The position numbers were made by a program, and so were the translations under genes. A model generated the notes under the pieces. That model did not search any database and was not told where the DNA came from. It worked only from the letters and a program-made list of their open reading frames with translations. Below are positions 1 through 12,478 of a DNA stretch of 32,000 nucleotides, piece after piece. The DNA comes from Mycoplasmoides pneumoniae FH. GTDB taxonomy: Bacteria; Bacillota_I; Bacilli_A; Mycoplasmatales; Mycoplasmoidaceae. The stretch covers positions 632,809-664,808 of the forward strand of contig NZ_CP010546.1 in assembly GCF_001272835.1 (NCBI RefSeq), given 5' to 3'. The number at the start of each line of letters is the position of its first letter. Position 1 is the stretch's first letter.

Positions 1-9
1 GGCAAATAC

Positions 10-231
10 TTATACCTCTAAATCTTTTGAACAGATTTCTATTAATCTATATGCTTGAGAAAGATATGGATAGGGTCTCAAGAAAAGAACATCTGAATAA
101 TAAAGCTTTGAAGTTTTAAACTTCTTAAACCCTATATTCATTTTTTTCAGAAACTCTTTCCAAATTCTTTTCTTAACCACTTTATTTTTAGTGCTTCAGA
201 TATCACAAATAAAGCTAATACGCTTTCAAAG
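10..231 (-). other. Open frame fragment (UGA=Trp), about 73 codons and no clear start; possible decayed gene remnant
   Basis: Minus-strand frame runs from TAA (232-234) to TAA (10-12) as ...LWKRISFICDIWSTKNKVVKKRIWKEFLKKMNIGFKKFKTSKLYYSDVLFLRPYPYLSQAYRLIEICSKDLEV*. No good ATG or SD at the 5' end. Confidence 0.2.
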
Positions 232-245
232 TTAATGCTTTTAGT

Positions 246-1292
246 TTACTTTTCAATAAAGAAACAAGACTCGTATTGCTTGATGTCACCTATTAGAGTA
301 TTAGTGCTTACGGTGGTTAAACCAACGTTTTGATCTTTATTGGCCTCTAATAAACAGATGCAATTATTGTCATAGTTGTAACCCTTCATTACTTCAACAA
401 TAAAATAGGCATCTTGTTTAATCACAATTGCATTAACTTGTAAAGTGCTAGCTTCTTGGGCAAACACTTGCAAGTTTTCAAAATACAGCAATAATTGTCC
501 CGCAAAGTTAATAAAGGCTTGCTTTCAAATGGTATTGTTATCTATTTGTAAGTGGTGCTTAATACTCTCCAAGTTTTTGAGTAAATACTTGTGTGGTACG
601 TTGAAGTGCACATCAATGTCTAAGTTATTTTCAGTATTAAAGCGTTCTTTGAAACTGGTAAAGCTCAGGTCAAAACTGTTACTGTTAGCCATAGAAGTGC
701 CAAAAGCAAACTGTGAATTTAACTCGACAAAGAAAAGGTTATTCTTTGTTTTTTGCTTGCGCTTTTGGTGGTTCCAAGTATTAAAAAACTTCTTTTCAAA
801 GTTTTTGCGGCAATAACGTTTGTACTGATAACCGTGCTTTTTAATGATTTTAACGATTTCATAAGAAAGCTTTGTTCGCTTATTTTCAAACGGAGAATTA
901 ACTAGTAAAACCACTAATTTCAGCCCGGAAAACTGTTTAACTGCTTCTAACAGCTTTTTAATTTCTGTTTCTGTTTGTTTGGTTTTTTCGACCAACATAA
1001 ACACTGTTTCCGCTTCTTTATGTAACCTAATCGCTAAACCAAAACCACTTAATAAGTTATTGTCAAAACTTAAAAAGCGAAAGTGATCAAAGAAAACGTG
1101 TTGGTAAACTGTTTGACTCGCTGATGGTACTAATAAGTATTTAATCTGATTCGACTTAACTAGGTGATTGACAAAATCTAAGTATTCTAAAGCGGAAAGT
1201 AATCCCACTTTATTGGTGTTTTGAAAGCAATCGTAAGCTAAAAGTCTTTGCTCATTCACCAAGGTTTGCTCGTTAATGGTTGTTTGTGCCAT
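246..1292 (-). CDS. Conserved hypothetical protein (MG343/MPN518-like), 348 aa
   Basis: ORFs 525-1292 and 246-491 are in the same frame, joined through TGA(Trp) at 525-527. ATG start, TAA stop. Confidence 0.85.
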
Positions 1293-1294
1293 AC

Positions 1295-2113
1295 CTAGTA
1301 AATTTTACCTAGTTTATTATGCTTCAAAATATCGTGCATTGCTTTACAGAAACTTTCATGCTTGCTGTTAAACATTTGGTGTTGACTGTGTAAGATAACC
1401 CCTGATTGCAAGTTACCTTTCTTAATCAAAAAGCGGTTAAAGTAGTTTAAAGTAGCTTTTGTAGGCATAAAATCATCATGTTGAGCCAACAGTAAAAAGG
1501 CTGGTATGGTAATAGTTTTATAAGCACTGTTTAAGCGCGACAATTCCTTAAAGATCTGAAAGGTGAGTTTTTTGCACATAGCAGTATGCTTGTCTAACTC
1601 CATTTGTCACTGTCCATCGTTTTGTAAATCAGGAAACTTTGGTTGAAACATCCGCTTAAAGTAAGACAGCTTTTCGTCCTTCTTTTTAAAAGCCTTTTTA
1701 ATCTTGTAGTAATTCAACAAGTTGGAATAAGACAGTGGCGCTAAGAGCACTAGTTTTTCCACTCGTTGTGGTTTTAAAAACTGCAATGCATAACTAGCCA
1801 CTGCCCCACCCATGCTGTGTCCTATTAAAACAATGTTTTCTAAATCTTGCTTTTCAATTCAAGCTACCAATAAATGGGCATAGTGAATAGGTGACAATTC
1901 CTTGTCAGTAAAACCATGGTGGTTATGACCCGGTCACAAGGGTGCGTAATAGTCATAATCCACCAGCGTTTCAGAAAAGCTCTTAAAATAAGAATGGTGC
2001 ACTGAAAAACCGTGCGCAAACACAATAGTTTGTTTAGCGGGTTTTTTAGCTGGTTGAAAAAATACTTCTAGTTGGCTAATATCAACAGTATTAATATTGA
2101 CTTTGTCTCTCAC
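1295..2113 (-). CDS. Alpha/beta hydrolase, putative lipase/esterase
   Basis: Joined frame with TGA=Trp. Contains [12 protein letters not shown] and the nucleophile elbow [17 protein letters not shown] start proposed at 2113, 3 nt from the ileS stop. Confidence 0.85.
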
Positions 2114-2115
2114 AA

Positions 2116-4815
<2,700 letters not shown>

Positions 4816-4857
4816 TAAGCATAGTAATTTTATTAATATTTAACTAACTTCTATCTG

Positions 4858-5358
4858 ATGTATAAATCAGCGATTAATATCGTCTTATTTTGCCCAGAAA
4901 TTCCTAATAACACTGGGAACATTGTTCGGAGCTGTACCGCTTTTAAAGCTAACTTGCATCTGATTAAGCCCTATGGCTTTTTTCTCAATGATAAGCGGAT
5001 GGTGCGTGCTGGGTTAAATTGTTGGGATAAGGTGCAAATGTTTGAACACAAATCCTGGGAACACTTCATTGAAACAACACCACCAAATAAAGCAATTTGG
5101 TTGTTGACAAAGAGTGGTACTACTACCCCAGACCAAATTAACATGCAAACAGATAACAGGGAACAACTGTACTTTGTTTTTGGTCAAGAAACCAAGGGAT
5201 TACCGCAAACACTCATGGAACAATACTCGCAGAACCAGGTACGGATTCCAATTTGAAACCCTGTAAGAAGCATTAACTTGTCCAATACAGTAGCTTGTGT
5301 ACTGTATGAGTATGCTAAACAAAATCATTACTTTAATTTAGATAAACAGTGCGCTTAA
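4858..5358 (+). CDS. trmL: tRNA (cytidine(34)-2'-O)-methyltransferase, SPOUT family (TrmL/YibK)
   Basis: Joined via TGA(Trp) at 5254. Contains NIVLFCPEIPNNTGNIVRSC, FGQETKGLP and the C-terminal RSINLSNTVACVLYE SPOUT motif. TAA at 5356-5358. Confidence 0.9.
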
Positions 5359-5981
5359 GAAAAGTTAAAGATGCTCTTGTAAGGGTACAAGACAGCCCTT
5401 ACTTTAGTAACCCAGAACAACTGTCAACTATTGAAAGTGAATCGCTCTTCGTGGAAATAGGTTGTGGTAAAAGTTGGTTTTTAAGCCAGCAAGCACAGCA
5501 AAACCCAAAGTGTTTTTTTGTGGGAATCGAGCGTGAACCCACGATTGTTTTAAAGGCAATTAATAAGGTAAACCGCTTAGAGGTTAAACCACGTAATTTA
5601 TTAATAACGTGTTTGGATGCCAACCAGCTAACAGAGTACTTAAAACCACAATCGATTAGCAAAATCTTCATTAACTTCCCCGATCCTTGACCAAAAAAGC
5701 GTCACACGTTGAGGCGACTAACTGCTCCACATTTCCTCAAGCAGTTTCACCAACTTTTAAAAAAGCAAGGTTTAATAGAATTCAAAACGGACAACGATCA
5801 GTTGTTTGAATTTACCTTAGAAGTCTTGCAGAAAACAGTAGCTCACTTTAAGATAATTGAGCAAACGACAGATCTGCACAATTCACCTTTGGCTAGTACC
5901 AATATTATGACCGAATACGAACAGCGCTTTGTTAGTTTAGGGGTTAAGATTAAAAAGCTAACGCTTGAAAAACTAAATTAG
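5349..5981 (+). CDS. trmB: tRNA (guanine-N(7)-)-methyltransferase
   Basis: GTG start. ORFs 5349-5690 and 5709-5981 share a frame. Contains VEIGCGKSWFL and INFPDPWPKKRH. Confidence 0.92.
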
Positions 5982-6009
5982 TAAAAATTAGAATAATTAC
6001 TGCCTTAAT

Positions 6010-6086
6010 GGCGATTGTGGCGAAGTGGTTAACGCACCTGATTGTGGATCAGGCATTCGTGGGTTCAATTCCCATCAGTCGCCCCA
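6010..6086 (+). tRNA. tRNA-His (anticodon GTG)
   Basis: 8-bp acceptor stem GGCGATTG/CAGTCGCC including G-1:C73, anticodon arm CCTGA-TTGTGGA-TCAGG, T arm GTGGG-TTCAATT-CCCAT, encoded CCA. Confidence 0.96.
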
Positions 6087-6096
6087 TTAAACATAC

Positions 6097-6127
6097 AAGC
6101 AGCAGATTAAACTGCTGCTTTTTTTAT
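6097..6127 (+). terminator. Intrinsic-type terminator hairpin downstream of tRNA-His
   Basis: AAGCAGCAG-ATTAAA-CTGCTGCTT (9-bp perfect stem) followed by a T-rich tract. Confidence 0.75.
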
Positions 6128-6135
6128 TTAGATAA

Positions 6136-7053
6136 CTAGTTTAAGGGTGTGTAAACACTATCCAAGAAATTGAGAAAGTTAATGCTTACCTGCACGGCAT
6201 GGCGTTTAACGCCAAATGATCCAGCTGAATAGGATTTTTTAGCGGCGGCTGCAGCAGAAGCTGCTGGAGTTGTTGAACCGTTATTTCCACTGTCCTGATT
6301 TGGTTGGTTTGAACCTGGTGCATTACTGCCGTTACTGTTATCAGGATTATAGAAATGCGCACTAATTTGATCTAAATTGTTTTTGCGAAAAGCAATCACA
6401 ATTGCTTTAGTTACATCAGTGCCAACCGTTTGGGCATGAACATTGGACTGGTTAATAAGATTATTGACACTACCGCTGTAAACTGTTTGAATAAAAGTCA
6501 CAATTTCGCGGTATTGAATGGCAGATTCGTCGTTTCTTCTTAATTTGTCGGAATTGTCCTTATCAGTTTGCTTAGCTAATTCGTTATCACTAGCGATAAC
6601 TGGATAACGTGCAAACGGATTCCACTTAACAGGGTTAGGATCAATGTCATTCCAAATTAAAAACTTAACTCCTTTAGGGTAAGTTGAATAACGGTTTTGA
6701 ACCTGCTTAACGGTAGTACCTAGATCACCAGCTCAATTTTCGGTACTAACAGCTTGATTGTTTGAACCATTTAGAAAGTTAATTTGAGAACTGTCAGTTT
6801 CAGTGGTTACTACAAGAACGTAGTTACCATCATTGTATTCCGCTGTTCCAAAAACTAAGTTTCTAACCGTTTTATTTTCTTTAGGTAGCTTACTGTAATC
6901 AACTTTGTTTTCTACGCTTTGCTGTGAAAGAGTGCGAAAAACATTTGGTTTATCAATATTGCTACAGGAACTCAAAACAATTCCTGAACCTAACAAGAGT
7001 AAGGTTGAAAAAGATACTTTCTTTTTAGAAATTGAACTAAACCACTTCTTCAT
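6136..7053 (-). CDS. Predicted lipoprotein (MG348/MPN523-like), 305 aa
   Basis: Frame checked through 6502-6735 with only TGA(Trp). Signal peptide and lipobox MKKWFSSISKKKVSFSTLLLLGSGIVLSSC; Asn/Ser/Gly/Ala-rich low-complexity region near the C-terminus. Confidence 0.9.
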
Positions 7054-7067
7054 TCAAATACTAGTAT

Positions 7068-7153
7068 TGGTGTCGGAGACCAGACTTGAACTGGCACAGT
7101 CTTGCGACCACAAGCCCCTCAAGCTTGCGTGTCTACCATTCCACCACTCCGAC
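7068..7153 (-). tRNA. tRNA-Leu (anticodon GAG)
   Basis: Acceptor GTCGGAG/CTCCGAC, anticodon arm CAAGC-TTGAGGG-GCTTG, long class II variable arm, T arm CCAG-TTCAAGT-CTGG, encoded CCA. Confidence 0.93.
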
Positions 7154-7244
7154 GCTGGCGTCTTATAAATTATTAATAGATTTTAAAAATCCATAAACTC
7201 TTGATAAGGAAATTTTGCATTTTCTCAACTTTGTGCTTTGTAAA

Positions 7245-7475
7245 TTAATCTATAAAACACAATCTTTTCATCACTTTGACGCTTTTTAAAACCCAACTCA
7301 ATTTATTTAGTGGGGGCAGGAAAACGAAAATTTTGTGTTGAAGGCCTGATTTTCTGTTCCCAAAAAATGCGTATTTTATTTTTTCATTGTTTTCTAAATT
7401 ACTTATCGTAAAGGCTTTCAGCACAATTGATGTATCTCTTTTTTTAAAAGAATAAAGGTCATATATTCCTTTCAT
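7245..7475 (-). CDS. Small hypothetical ORF, 76 aa, doubtful
   Basis: ATG to TAA open frame, Lys/Phe-rich product, no recognised domain, weak initiation context. Confidence 0.2.
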   Translation of the reverse strand: MKGIYDLYSFKKRDTSIVLKAFTISNLENNEKIKYAFFGNRKSGLQHKIFVFLPPLNKLSWVLKSVKVMKRLCFID

Positions 7476-7642
7476 TCAAATCACTAAAAGTTACAACTTG
7501 CTGTTAATTTCAAAATTGTCAAAAAGCCGTCTGTTTTTTTCACCTTGGGCAGATGGTTTTTTTATTTGTGTGAATTAAATAAAAATACCAACAGCACCAC
7601 ATCTTTAGGTTTCACTGTTGGTTTTTTATTTCTGAGCCTTGA

Positions 7643-8128
7643 TTATTTGGACTCAAGTTTGTCTATTCTTTTTTCCATTTTGTCCATTTTTACTTCCATC
7701 TTGTCCATTCTATTTTCTATTTTGTCTATTTTTCCTTCCATCTTGTCCATTTTTACTTCCATATTGTCCAAGCGATCGCTCATCTTTTGCAGCGTTTGCA
7801 AGATTAGCTTTAAGGTTTCGCCCTGAGCTTTTTGCTCGATTTGAAGTTCTTTAATTTGCTCACCCTGGATTCTTATTTGCTCACCTTGGGCCGCCAAAGT
7901 GGTTTCAATCTTTATGAGTCGCTGATTGTTAGAATCTTTATATTCCTGAAATTGTTCTTGGGTAACGTATTTAACTTTCACAGGTGGTTTAAGTTTATAT
8001 TTTCGCAATTCATAAGTTCAAACTCCAACTGTGCCATCACCGTACTCTTCTTTTTCACCATCAAAGTGTTCTTTTCCAATTTTACGGATTAAGGCTTTGT
8101 ATTCCTTTTCGGAAATTTTTTCTTTCAT
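7643..8128 (-). CDS. DUF16 / UPF0134 family coiled-coil protein (MPN524-like), 161 aa
   Basis: [75 protein letters not shown]... with heptads [42 protein letters not shown]. Strong AAAGGAGG SD upstream. Joined via TGA(Trp) at 8018. Confidence 0.9.
7660..7780 (-). repeat. Internal degenerate 21-nt tandem repeat (7-residue MDKMExK heptads); a longer unit recurs at a 63-nt interval
   Basis: TTGTCCATTTTTACTTCCAT occurs near 7680 and again about 63 nt later near 7743, with diverged copies between and around. Confidence 0.75.
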
Positions 8129-8720
8129 TAAGTAATACCTCCTTTCTTTTTACAGAGGTTGAGAAAACTACTACTTGCAGCAGTGCTGCCAACTAAGTTC
8201 AGCTGTTTTGCTGATTTAATCAATTTGTTTATTAAAGGCATTTTTTGTCCTCCACTAAATAAATTGAGTAGGTTATTTAGAAGTGTCAAGAAAACAACAA
8301 ATTTTGAAATAGACTAAATACCTTTGCTAATTCTTAACAGTAAGAGAAAAGAAGCCTTGTTTAGTTACTAGCTATCTATTGCCATTAGGACAACAGAAAC
8401 AGTTTGCTTGCATTTAAAGGATTTAAATCTCTAATAAATTACTTATCAATGACACTGAAAAACATAGCTTTTTTGTTTTTATTACCCTTACTTTTTCCAA
8501 AAATTCCACCTTTTTTCTACCTCAATTTTCAAACCATCTGAAAAATAAAAAGTTATTAACAAAATGTTGATAAAGACCTAATTTAGTGCATTTTTGTGCC
8601 TTTTTAGTGTTAATAACTTGTTTAAAACTGCTTCTAAGTTCTTTTTGGTAACTATCAGACTAAGCCAGATTAGCAAAAAATGTTTACGAGCCTTATACTG
8701 ATTAGCGTCTTTGCAGTTTT

Positions 8721-9962
8721 ATGCAGCCGAACTATTACCGTGTCATCAAGAAAGCAACCTCATTTTCAGGGTTAGATATGATCTCTCATGCCTATGGTCA
8801 GATTGCTGGCGTTGAAGTTGTGGGTTTTTATTTATGACTAATTACTGAAGCCAATGCTCAAGCCTTTAACAGTGAAATTAGAACGCCTATTTCACGTCTA
8901 CAAAACGCTTTCAATACTACTGGTACCAAAAACGTTAATGTACCTGATTGAATCTATAAAACCATTGGTAAATTAGAAAGCTTAGGTTTGGTGCGTACCT
9001 TCTTTTCACAGGAAAAATCAGAAATGACTTTTTGAATAGTCGAACCATTAGGTTGAAAAGAGTTTAACCAAAAGAAGCACTTTAAAGAAAAGCTAATTGA
9101 ATCAATGGGAAAACTGGAATATGACCGCAGCTGCCTTTCCTTTGAACAAATCGATAACATTCAGTTTGACAACGCACTGGAAATTACCGCTAACTTTGAA
9201 GCTAACTTTACCAGTAAGCAAGATTGTCTTAGCTTTAGTTTTGACTTTGAAGCTTTTCATAAACAATTAGTTAAACAAAATCTCTTTGTTAGTTTTAACC
9301 AGAAAACTAAGGCTGTTATTAATGGTTACTTTGAAAAATACCAAATAACACTAGAAGGCATATTGGAATGTGTTATCCCTAGTGTAGTTAATGATGAAGT
9401 TGACTTGGAACTGCTACAAAAATTACTAGAGCAGCTAGTTAAAAACAACACAGCTCCAATTGTTGATACTGTAATAAATGACCGCAACTTCTTTTATGAT
9501 AATCAGAATTTAGCCACAGAAACAAAAGATGCAATTTCCCGTTGTCATTTGGAATACAACGCGGAAAAATACCTATTTCTCTTGTACGGTAAAGTAGAAA
9601 ACGAGCAGTTAGATCTAATTCGCCGCTTAAGACAAGAGTTTGGAATAGCTGATAAGGTAATTAATCTAATAGTAGACTTCTCCTTTTGGAAAAACAACAG
9701 CATGTGACGCGAACAATACATCTTAAAGATTGCTGAATCAGTAGAGCGTTACCGTAGTCATAATAATTACCAAGCCACCCTTGATAACTTTATCCGTGCT
9801 TCTAGTTTAGCCAAAAAGCAACGTACCAAAACTAAGATAGAAAAATCCGAGCCTGAAACTAGTGCTGCACCAGTAAATGAAACTGATGACGTCAATTACT
9901 TTTTAAACCGTATTAAAGCAATCAACAAGAAGAACAGGGAAAATGGAAAACACAAACGCTAA
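8721..9962 (+). CDS. Putative DnaB/DnaD-like replication initiation protein (MG349/MPN525-like), 413 aa
   Basis: [47 protein letters not shown]... continuous with TGA=Trp. First in-frame ATG after stop 8703-8705; TAA at 9960-9962. N-terminal resemblance to the Firmicute DnaB/DnaD primosome family judged by eye. Confidence 0.75.
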
Positions 9963-10929
9963 AACTCAACCAGCAATAAATGAGTTAGATAAGACTACAG
10001 TTCAAGACACAATTAAGAATTACGAACAACAACTTCAAAAAGAGCTTAATGAAGAACAACTAAAAGCTTTTAAAAAGCGCTTTAAGTATTTGAAGCTAAC
10101 TAAAAGAGAAGTGATTGAAAAGGAAAGCAGGGAACTTTTATTGCAAGCATTTAGAGACTTTGAAAATTGTGAAAAGATAAAAGGCAATCATTGTCCTAAT
10201 AAAGGCAATGCTCACCTCAACATCTTTCGCGAGCCACCTTTTTGAACTAAAAGTAATAAAAAAGTACTGGGTAAGTTAATTGGTATAAAAATGTCCTGCG
10301 CTAAATCTATTGATAAGGAGGATATCTTTAAATTGCGCTATAGTAATTTCATCATCTATAAGCCTAACTGATTTAAATACGCTGACGAATTTCCACAAAT
10401 TAACCAATTACCCATTAACAAATTTCAAGAAGAATCTTTCGAAGAAATAAGAAATGATCTCAGTGAGCTTTATGAAAATGAAAAAAATCACAAGGAAAAC
10501 ATAAGTTTCTTTAACTTACAAAAAGTTAATTTCAATCACGAGGGCGCTAAATTACTACTTTGTGATTTTGTCGAAAGAGGAGTTAAAACTGCGTTGCTTT
10601 ATTGTGAAGAATTTGTCAGTCGTTTTGACCGTGCATACTGAAAAGTAGATGATTATTTAGATTTAATCAATGAAGCTAATGTCATCATATTTGTCAGTCT
10701 TGGTGAAGAGAGTTTTGTTTCCAAAAACTACATTCTCTTCTTAACCAGATTATTCGACATCATTAATTCAAAACGCAAAGATGTTTATTTCTTTAGCACC
10801 GAATACAATGAGAAAAATGGTCTCATTCAAGCATTTCAAAAAAGCATTCACTTTAAAGCTAAATGAGTAAATTCCTTTTTTGAACAACTCAATTATTTTT
10901 TTGAAATGAAAAGAGAAGAAATTAAATAA
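9943..10929 (+). CDS. DnaI-like helicase loader homologue, apparently missing Walker motifs (MG350/MPN526-like), 328 aa
   Basis: Overlaps the upstream gene by 20 nt. Joined via TGA(Trp). By-eye similarity to B. subtilis DnaI: [14 protein letters not shown]...[12 protein letters not shown] resembles the Cys-rich N-domain; [17 protein letters not shown] resembles KGVSTTLLHFPEFVREL; [13 protein letters not shown] resembles APVLMLDDIGAES. Confidence 0.65.
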
Positions 10930-10988
10930 AAAGCGTACTAATTTATTTAGTAACGCAAAATTATTTAAAATTAATCGTAATTATTTCC

Positions 10989-11070
10989 CCTGGAGTGGCG
11001 GAATGGTAGACGCGGTGGACTCAAAACCCACTAGGAAACTGTAGGAGTTCAAGTCTCCTCTCCAGGACCA
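10989..11070 (+). tRNA. tRNA-Leu (anticodon CAA)
   Basis: Acceptor CCTGGAG/CTCCAGG, loop CTCAAAA, class II variable arm, T arm AGGAG-TTCAAGT-CTCCT, discriminator A, encoded CCA. Confidence 0.93.
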
Positions 11071-11102
11071 TAATTAAATACTTAAATTTACACTACGAAA
11101 TG

Positions 11103-11134
11103 ACAACCTCAACGACCGTTGGGGTTGTTTTTTT
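11103..11134 (+). terminator. Intrinsic-type terminator after tRNA-Leu(CAA)
   Basis: ACAACCTCAAC-GACC-GTTGGGGTTGT (11-bp stem with one T-G pair) followed by TTTTTT. Confidence 0.8.
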
Positions 11135-11207
11135 ATTTATTAAAGGTAGTTTAAGTAACGAACAAGATTCCTGCTACTAATAATTAATAGACAATCTGCG
11201 CTTTCTT

Positions 11208-11861
11208 TCAGTAAAACTTTTGGAAAGCACGCATCACTGGAACACCAATTAAACTCACTAGTGTGAATTTAATCACATTAAAGAGTGAGTATAAAGCAAA
11301 GATGCCAACCCAATAATTAGGTACGCCAAATAAAAAGAAGTGAAAATATGGTGTTTTGTTATATATCTTGGCCACTTCGACAAAGTTAGCAGTCGGCACA
11401 TAGCCAAACCAATACCAGTATAAAGGGGTAATTAACAAACCGTTGAGCGTTGTTAACAGCAAAGTGTTAGATAGAGTAGCCAAACTAAATACCCATAACC
11501 AACGAAGTTTAATTTGAGCAAAAATGTGAAAGTACAACCGTGTAAAACTCACGATAGCAAAGTTAGCAATGGTTAGGGTTAAAATACCAATCCAGTTATT
11601 ACCATCCCAAATAAAGCTACAAAGTGACAGCGCAACGGTAATAACTAAGGCTCAAGAATAAGAAACAAAAAAAGCACAAGCAATTAAAAAGACTGATGAA
11701 ATGTCAATCGTTAATTTAAGTGCTGACAAAAACGGAATACTGATAAAGTGACTAACAAACGAAGCAATTAGTGCAAGCGCTAGCATCATGGCACTAAAAC
11801 TAAGGTTAAACAGTTGGTGTTGTTCTTTTTTTGGCCAAAAAGCTATTCTTGCACCATTCAT
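11208..11861 (-). CDS. Multi-pass membrane protein, probable ECF transporter S component (possibly RibU-like)
   Basis: ORFs 11208-11552 and 11652-11861 are in frame through TGA(Trp). Several hydrophobic segments; N-terminal MMLALALIASFVSHFISIPFLSALKLTIDISSVFLIACAFF resembles riboflavin-type S components. Confidence 0.7.
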
Positions 11862-11915
11862 TATTTAGTAAAGCCTACTAGCTAGAAAAGTAGTTAAATA
11901 ATAATATTTATTAAT

Positions 11916-12470
11916 ATGGACAAATTTTTAATCGATGTTACTGTAGAAATTCCTAAGAGCAGTAAGATCAAGTATGAATACGACCGCAAGACTAGTCAAA
12001 TCCGTGTCGACAGGATTCTCTTTGGTAGTGAATCTTATCCACAAAACTATGGTTTTATCGCTAACACCTTAGACTGGGATGGTGATGAATTGGACTGTTT
12101 TATCTTCGCTGACCAAGCCTTTCTACCAGGTGTAGTAGTACCTACTAGAATTGTAGGAGCTTTAGAAATGGTAGATGACGGTGAATTGGATACCAAACTT
12201 TTAGGGGTCATTGATTGTGATCCGCGTTACAAAGAGATTAACTCCGTCAATGATTTACCAAAACACCGCGTTGATGAAATTATTGGTTTTTTCAAAACTT
12301 ACAAATTACTACAAAAGAAAGAAGTAATTATTAAGGGAGTGCAAAGTTTGGAGTGGGCTAAGAAAGAATACCAAGTGTGTGTTGATTTAATGAAGCAATA
12401 TGGTAAGTTGCCTAAGGATGAGTTTATCGCTAAAATGCAAAAACTCCATCCTGAACACTACCAAAAATAG
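11916..12470 (+). CDS. ppa: Inorganic pyrophosphatase
   Basis: [47 protein letters not shown]...[12 protein letters not shown], family I PPase signature. Confidence 0.96.
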   Translation: MDKFLIDVTVEIPKSSKIKYEYDRKTSQIRVDRILFGSESYPQNYGFIANTLDWDGDELDCFIFADQAFLPGVVVPTRIVGALEMVDDGELDTKLLGVIDCDPRYKEINSVNDLPKHRVDEIIGFFKTYKLLQKKEVIIKGVQSLEWAKKEYQVCVDLMKQYGKLPKDEFIAKMQKLHPEHYQK

Positions 12471-12478
12471 TTCAAGTT

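Noticed and set aside
445-816. Plus-strand ORF 123 aa
   Set aside because: Antisense to the 348-aa minus-strand gene; Leu/Lys-rich translation with no domain features.
6905-7168. Plus-strand 87-aa ORF with a seemingly conserved tail (ETRLELAQSCDHKPLKLACLPFHHSDAGVL)
   Set aside because: It spans the antisense strand of tRNA-Leu(GAG), a common spurious annotation.
7545-8092. Plus-strand ORFs with [16 protein letters not shown] repeats, superficially like a repetitive membrane protein
   Set aside because: They are the reverse strand of the DUF16 heptad repeats; the minus strand has the SD, family match and continuous frame.
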